Virus record (IMG/VR): IMGVR_UViG_2690315922_000010
Length of the DNA: 18,250 nt
Direction: 5' to 3' (one strand)
Source: a virus
Lineage: Duplodnaviria > Heunggongvirae > Uroviricota > Caudoviricetes
Part shown: piece after piece, positions 14,814-18,250 of the stretch
Layout of the letters: each line of letters opens with the position of its first letter
Position numbering within the stretch: the stretch's first letter is position 1
Position numbers and translations under genes: made by a program
Notes under the pieces: generated by a model
What the model was told of the DNA's origin: nothing
What the model saw: the letters and a program-made list of their open reading frames with translations, nothing else
Databases searched by the model: none

Positions 14814-16127
14814 ATGGATAAAGTCAAATATCCAACAGGCGTCGAAAACCACGGCGGCACATTACGCATCTGGTTTAATTTTAAAGGTAAACGTGTCAGG
14901 GAAAATCTTGGTGTCCCTGACACTGCCAAGAACAGGAAGATCGCCGGGGAACTACGGACATCGGTATGTTTTGCCATCCGCACAGGAAGCTTTGATTATG
15001 CTGCACAGTTCCCTGACTCCCCTAACCTTCAGGCTTTTGGGGTAAGTAAAAAAGAAATTACGGTGAAAGAACTTGAAGAAAAATGGCTGGATCTGAAACG
15101 AATGGAAATCTCTGCAAATGCATTCAATCGCTATGAATCCGTTGCAAGAACGATGGTTCCGAAAATTGGAGGCAGCAGACTGGTGTCATCGGTAACTAAA
15201 GAGGAATTGCTGTATATCAGGAAAGATTTGCTGACCGGGTATCAGAATCCAACGAAAAACAAAGCAGCAGCAAAAGGACGGAGCGTCGTTACTGTAAATT
15301 ATTACATGACGACAATCGCTGGAATGTTTCAGTTTGCTGCAGATCACGGTTACTTAGAAGCAAATCCCTTCCAGGGAATTAAGCCTCTTAAAAGAGCCAG
15401 GGCAGAGCCAGATCCGCTAACTCGTGACGAATTTATTCGCCTGATAGATGCTTGCCGACATCAGCAGACGAAAAACCTGTGGTCATTGGCTGTGTACACA
15501 GGAATGCGTCACGGTGAACTGGTCTCCCTGGCCTGGGAAGATATCGATCTGAAAGCAGGAACTATTACTATCAGGCGCAATTATACGAAACTCGGTGAGT
15601 TCACTCTACCTAAAACTGAAGCAAGTACAAACAGGGTTGTGCATCTTATCCAGCCCGCTATCAGTGTCCTGAAAAATCAGGCTGAAATGACAAGACTGGG
15701 TAAGCAGCACCACATCAAGGTTCAACTACGTGAATATGGGCGTTCAGTGAATCATGAATGTACTTTCGTATTTAACCCCCAGGTGGTTAGAAAAAGCAAA
15801 CAGGTCGGTTTTATCTACAAGGTAGATTCTATTGGCGACTCATGGGAAACAGCCATTAAGCGTGCGGGCATCAGGCACCGGAAAGCATACCAGTCACGAC
15901 ACACTTATGCGTGCTGGTCGTTATCTGCCGGAGCAAATCCAAGCTTCATTGCCAGCCAGATGGGCCATGCAAGTGCCCAGATGGTGTTCAATGTATACGG
16001 AGCATGGATGACTGACAGTAATGCAGAACAGATCGCAATGCTGAATCAGAAGCTGGCAGATTATGTCCCAATGATGCCCCATAGTCACCAAAATGGCACA
16101 AAAGGCTTATTAAAATCAGTAAGTTAA
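14814..16127 (+). CDS. int: Tyrosine integrase (lambda Int-like, IntR/IntE-type N-terminal arm-binding domain), 437 aa
   Basis: GGAGG ribosome-binding site. N-terminus PTGVENHGGTLRIWFNFKGKRVRE...GSFDYAAQFPDSP is typical of E. coli lambdoid integrases. C-terminal catalytic region has conserved Arg, His-x-x-Arg (SRHTYA) and Tyr. Last gene before the host junction. Confidence 0.9.
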   Translation: MDKVKYPTGVENHGGTLRIWFNFKGKRVRENLGVPDTAKNRKIAGELRTSVCFAIRTGSFDYAAQFPDSPNLQAFGVSKKEITVKELEEKWLDLKRMEISANAFNRYESVARTMVPKIGGSRLVSSVTKEELLYIRKDLLTGYQNPTKNKAAAKGRSVVTVNYYMTTIAGMFQFAADHGYLEANPFQGIKPLKRARAEPDPLTRDEFIRLIDACRHQQTKNLWSLAVYTGMRHGELVSLAWEDIDLKAGTITIRRNYTKLGEFTLPKTEASTNRVVHLIQPAISVLKNQAEMTRLGKQHHIKVQLREYGRSVNHECTFVFNPQVVRKSKQVGFIYKVDSIGDSWETAIKRAGIRHRKAYQSRHTYACWSLSAGANPSFIASQMGHASAQMVFNVYGAWMTDSNAEQIAMLNQKLADYVPMMPHSHQNGTKGLLKSVS

Positions 16128-16136
16128 TCCTTAATA

Positions 16137-16555
16137 CCCGTCATGTTAACTGCGTAGAGGGCAACACTACTCTGTATGCACTGCCGAAAGCGGAAGTTGT
16201 GCTGCGCTGGCGTGAGCAAACCAGCGACGATTTCCGTTTTTGTTTTAAGTTCCCGGCAACTATTTCGCATCAGGCTGCATTACGTCATTGCGACGATTTA
16301 GTGACAGAGTTTTTCACCCGTATGTCGCCGCTGGCACCACGCATTGGGCAATTCTGGCTGCAATTACCCGCTACCTTCGGTCCACGGGATCTGCCTGCGC
16401 TTTGGCATTTTCTCGATACTCTACCTGGCGAGTTTACCTACGGTGTGGAAGTTCGCCATCCGCTATTTTTTGCCAAAGGGGAAGAAGAACAAACGCTTAA
16501 TCGCGGCTTGCATCAACGTGGCGTTAATAGGGTAATACTAATCAGACACGTTTAA
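16137..16555 (+). pseudogene. yecE: Internal fragment of host DUF72 gene (yecE-like), disrupted at both ends
   Basis: The open frame reads ...NCVEGNTTLYALPKAEVVLRWREQTSDDFRFCFKFPATISHQ...NRGLHQRGVNRVIL with no ATG start (the track uses a GTG at 16199). My recollection of E. coli YecE matches from about residue 30 to about 165. Upstream it runs into the int stop region and downstream it diverges into a stop. Confidence 0.6.
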
Positions 16556-16605
16556 ATACACCATCCAAAGCGATACAATCACACTATTAGTTTTTTATGG
16601 TGTAT
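16556..16605. repeat. Perfect 9-bp inverted repeat upstream of the serine recombinase gene (candidate att or regulatory site)
   Basis: ATACACCAT (16556-16564) and ATGGTGTAT (16597-16605), flanking 32 bp of AT-rich DNA. Lies at the point where the yecE-like frame is lost. Confidence 0.5.
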
Positions 16606-16610
16606 AAACT

Positions 16611-18134
16611 ATGAAACGTGCAATCAGTTACATCCGATTCAGTTCTGAGAAGCAATCCCGAGGTGATTCACTACGCCGACAATCGAAGTTGGTCACTGAC
16701 TGGCTTAAAGCTCGTCCTGAGTATCATCTAGATGAATCTCTTACCTTCCGTGATTTGGGGAAAAGTGCTTTTAGCGGTAAGCACTTGAAAGGTGGCTTAG
16801 GCGACTTCTTAACCGCTATTGAGAAAGGGCTTGTAAGAGCTGGTGATACGCTCTTGATAGAGTCTCTTGACCGTCTGTCACGGCAAGATGTAGACCGAGC
16901 AAGTGAACTACTCAGAAACATCCTTCGCTCTGGTGTCGATGTGGTCACATTATCCGATAATGAACACTACACAAAGGAATCTCTTAAAGACCCGTTAGCC
17001 TTGATTAAGTCAATCCTGATTATGCAACGAGCGCATGAGGAAAGTTTGAGGAAGTCTGAGCGTATACAGGCTGCATGGGATGCAAAGAAAGAAGCCGCTA
17101 AAGCTGGTATCAAGATTTCTAAGCGTTGCCCTGCATGGCTTAAGCTTAATAATGACCGTAAAAGTTTCTCTGTAATCCCTGAGAAGGTAGCGACGGTAAA
17201 GCGATGCTTCCAGCTACGGTTAGAGGGTAAGTCTATCTTGGAAATTGTCAGAACTCTTAATAGTGAGGGACATCAGACGCTTAACCAGTACAAAGCGGGT
17301 AAATTTAGTCAGACTTCTGTGCAAGACCTTTTGAAGAATCGCTCTGTAATTGGTTATTTCACCCCCAAAGGCTGTGAAGAAATTTCAAACTATTACCCCT
17401 CTATCATCCCTGAGACTGATTTCTACAAAGTCCAGCAACTATCATATCCTCGTTACGGTAGAAAACCTGCTTCAGATAAACCATTGAGTGTGAATCTTTT
17501 CAAGGGTGTTATCCGTTGTTCTGAATGTGGTCATGCTCTGATTATCACAGGCTTTAGCGATACAAGGAACGGGATATATCGCTGCCCTCTTCGTAATGAA
17601 AACCGTTGCAGTGCTAAGGGTCTGTCACGTAAGCAAACTGATGGAACATTACTTGCTTTGCTCTCTCGTCTTGACCGATTTGAGAATGGTACAACGAATG
17701 CCATTGATACACTGAAGCTACACCGTGAACACATTTCAAACAATATTGAGAAGCTGGTACAACTCTCACTTGAAGTCGAAGACCTGACCGCTATTACCAG
17801 CAAGTTAAAACAGTTAAAGGGGGAGTTATCACAGGTTGATGCTGATATTGAGAAGGAGGCACAACGCCTTAAATCTATTGACGTGGGTTGTTTGTCTGAT
17901 TGTGACTTGAGTACAAAGGCGGGAAGGATTGAAGCACAACTGATTATTCGTAGTGCTGTTAAAGAAGTTGTTTTAAACACTGCTAAACGTCGCTGTAGAG
18001 TAACTTTTCACAATGGCAAGGTGATTGACCTGTCGATAACAGAAAACCCCGCTCAGGACATTACAGAGGCTGAAAAGTCGCTTACTGAAATTGCTGAGAA
18101 GGGTCTGTTAGATGTTGACGCCTTCCAACTGTAG
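16611..18134 (+). CDS. Large serine recombinase (serine integrase), 507 aa
   Basis: N-terminal resolvase-type catalytic domain (AISYIRFSSEKQSRGDSLRRQ with Ser nucleophile, LIESLDRLSR). Recombinase domain, Cys-rich zinc-ribbon (CSECGH...YRCPLRNENRC) and C-terminal coiled coil. Confidence 0.9.
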   Translation: MKRAISYIRFSSEKQSRGDSLRRQSKLVTDWLKARPEYHLDESLTFRDLGKSAFSGKHLKGGLGDFLTAIEKGLVRAGDTLLIESLDRLSRQDVDRASELLRNILRSGVDVVTLSDNEHYTKESLKDPLALIKSILIMQRAHEESLRKSERIQAAWDAKKEAAKAGIKISKRCPAWLKLNNDRKSFSVIPEKVATVKRCFQLRLEGKSILEIVRTLNSEGHQTLNQYKAGKFSQTSVQDLLKNRSVIGYFTPKGCEEISNYYPSIIPETDFYKVQQLSYPRYGRKPASDKPLSVNLFKGVIRCSECGHALIITGFSDTRNGIYRCPLRNENRCSAKGLSRKQTDGTLLALLSRLDRFENGTTNAIDTLKLHREHISNNIEKLVQLSLEVEDLTAITSKLKQLKGELSQVDADIEKEAQRLKSIDVGCLSDCDLSTKAGRIEAQLIIRSAVKEVVLNTAKRRCRVTFHNGKVIDLSITENPAQDITEAEKSLTEIAEKGLLDVDAFQL

Positions 18135-18141
18135 ATAAGTC

Positions 18142-18168
18142 AGGGGCTTCATGGCCCCTTCCTTCTTT
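18142..18168 (+). terminator. Intrinsic terminator after the recombinase gene
   Basis: AGGGGC (18142-18147), loop TTCATG, GCCCCT (18154-18159), followed by a T-rich tract TCCTTCTTT. Confidence 0.5.
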
Positions 18169-18250
18169 AGTAAGTGCCACGCTTATTAGGGTTCACAGAG
18201 TATTTCCGCAGAGCATTACCTGCCTTGAGTACCTTTTCAGCACCTGAATT

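Larger units (their letters stand above)
1..16140. mobile_element. Lambdoid prophage (partial; lysis to int end), integrated in a yecE-like gene
   Basis: Gene order R-S-[cassette]-Q-replication-rha-cro|cI-early left-xis-int, ending at a junction with host coding sequence at about 16130-16150. Confidence 0.85.
16540..18250. mobile_element. Start of a second integrative element bounded by a large serine recombinase
   Basis: The yecE-like frame breaks at about 16536-16545. An inverted repeat and a serine recombinase gene follow immediately. Confidence 0.55.

Noticed and set aside
16288-16535. Short plus-strand ORFs (16288-16500, 16344-16535) inside the yecE-like fragment
   Set aside because: Alternative frames of a region whose main frame carries a recognisable host protein.
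16724-17980. Minus-strand ORFs (16724-16948, 17531-17980) within the serine recombinase gene
   Set aside because: Antisense to a long ORF with clear catalytic and zinc-ribbon motifs.
1-18250. CRISPR arrays or IS elements with terminal inverted repeats and a transposase
   Set aside because: No regularly spaced direct repeats and no transposase-like ORF. The only recombinases are the tyrosine integrase and the serine recombinase.

Overview
The window is most of the right arm of a lambdoid prophage in inverted orientation, ending at an integration junction inside a host DUF72 (yecE-like) gene, followed by the start of a second integrative element. From left to right: lysis genes R (partial) and S on the minus strand; a low-GC two-gene cassette on the plus strand (1031-3423); Q antiterminator; DnaB-like helicase; DnaC-like loader; an O-like initiator with embedded iterons; a Rha-family regulator; a divergent Cro/YdaS-like and CI-like immunity switch; an early-left operon of uncharacterised and membrane/SPFH genes instead of recombination genes; excisionase-like gene and tyrosine integrase. 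A ~0.4 kb internal yecE-like fragment then separates the prophage from a large serine recombinase gene. The strongest candidate for an undescribed system is the 1031-3423 cassette: a zinc-ribbon/NdpA-like protein plus a membrane-anchored partner in the Q-S moron slot. All family assignments come from reading the translations and from memory of protein families; no searches were run. The supplied ORF track includes GTG/TTG starts, so several starts were moved to ATGs with better ribosome-binding sites.
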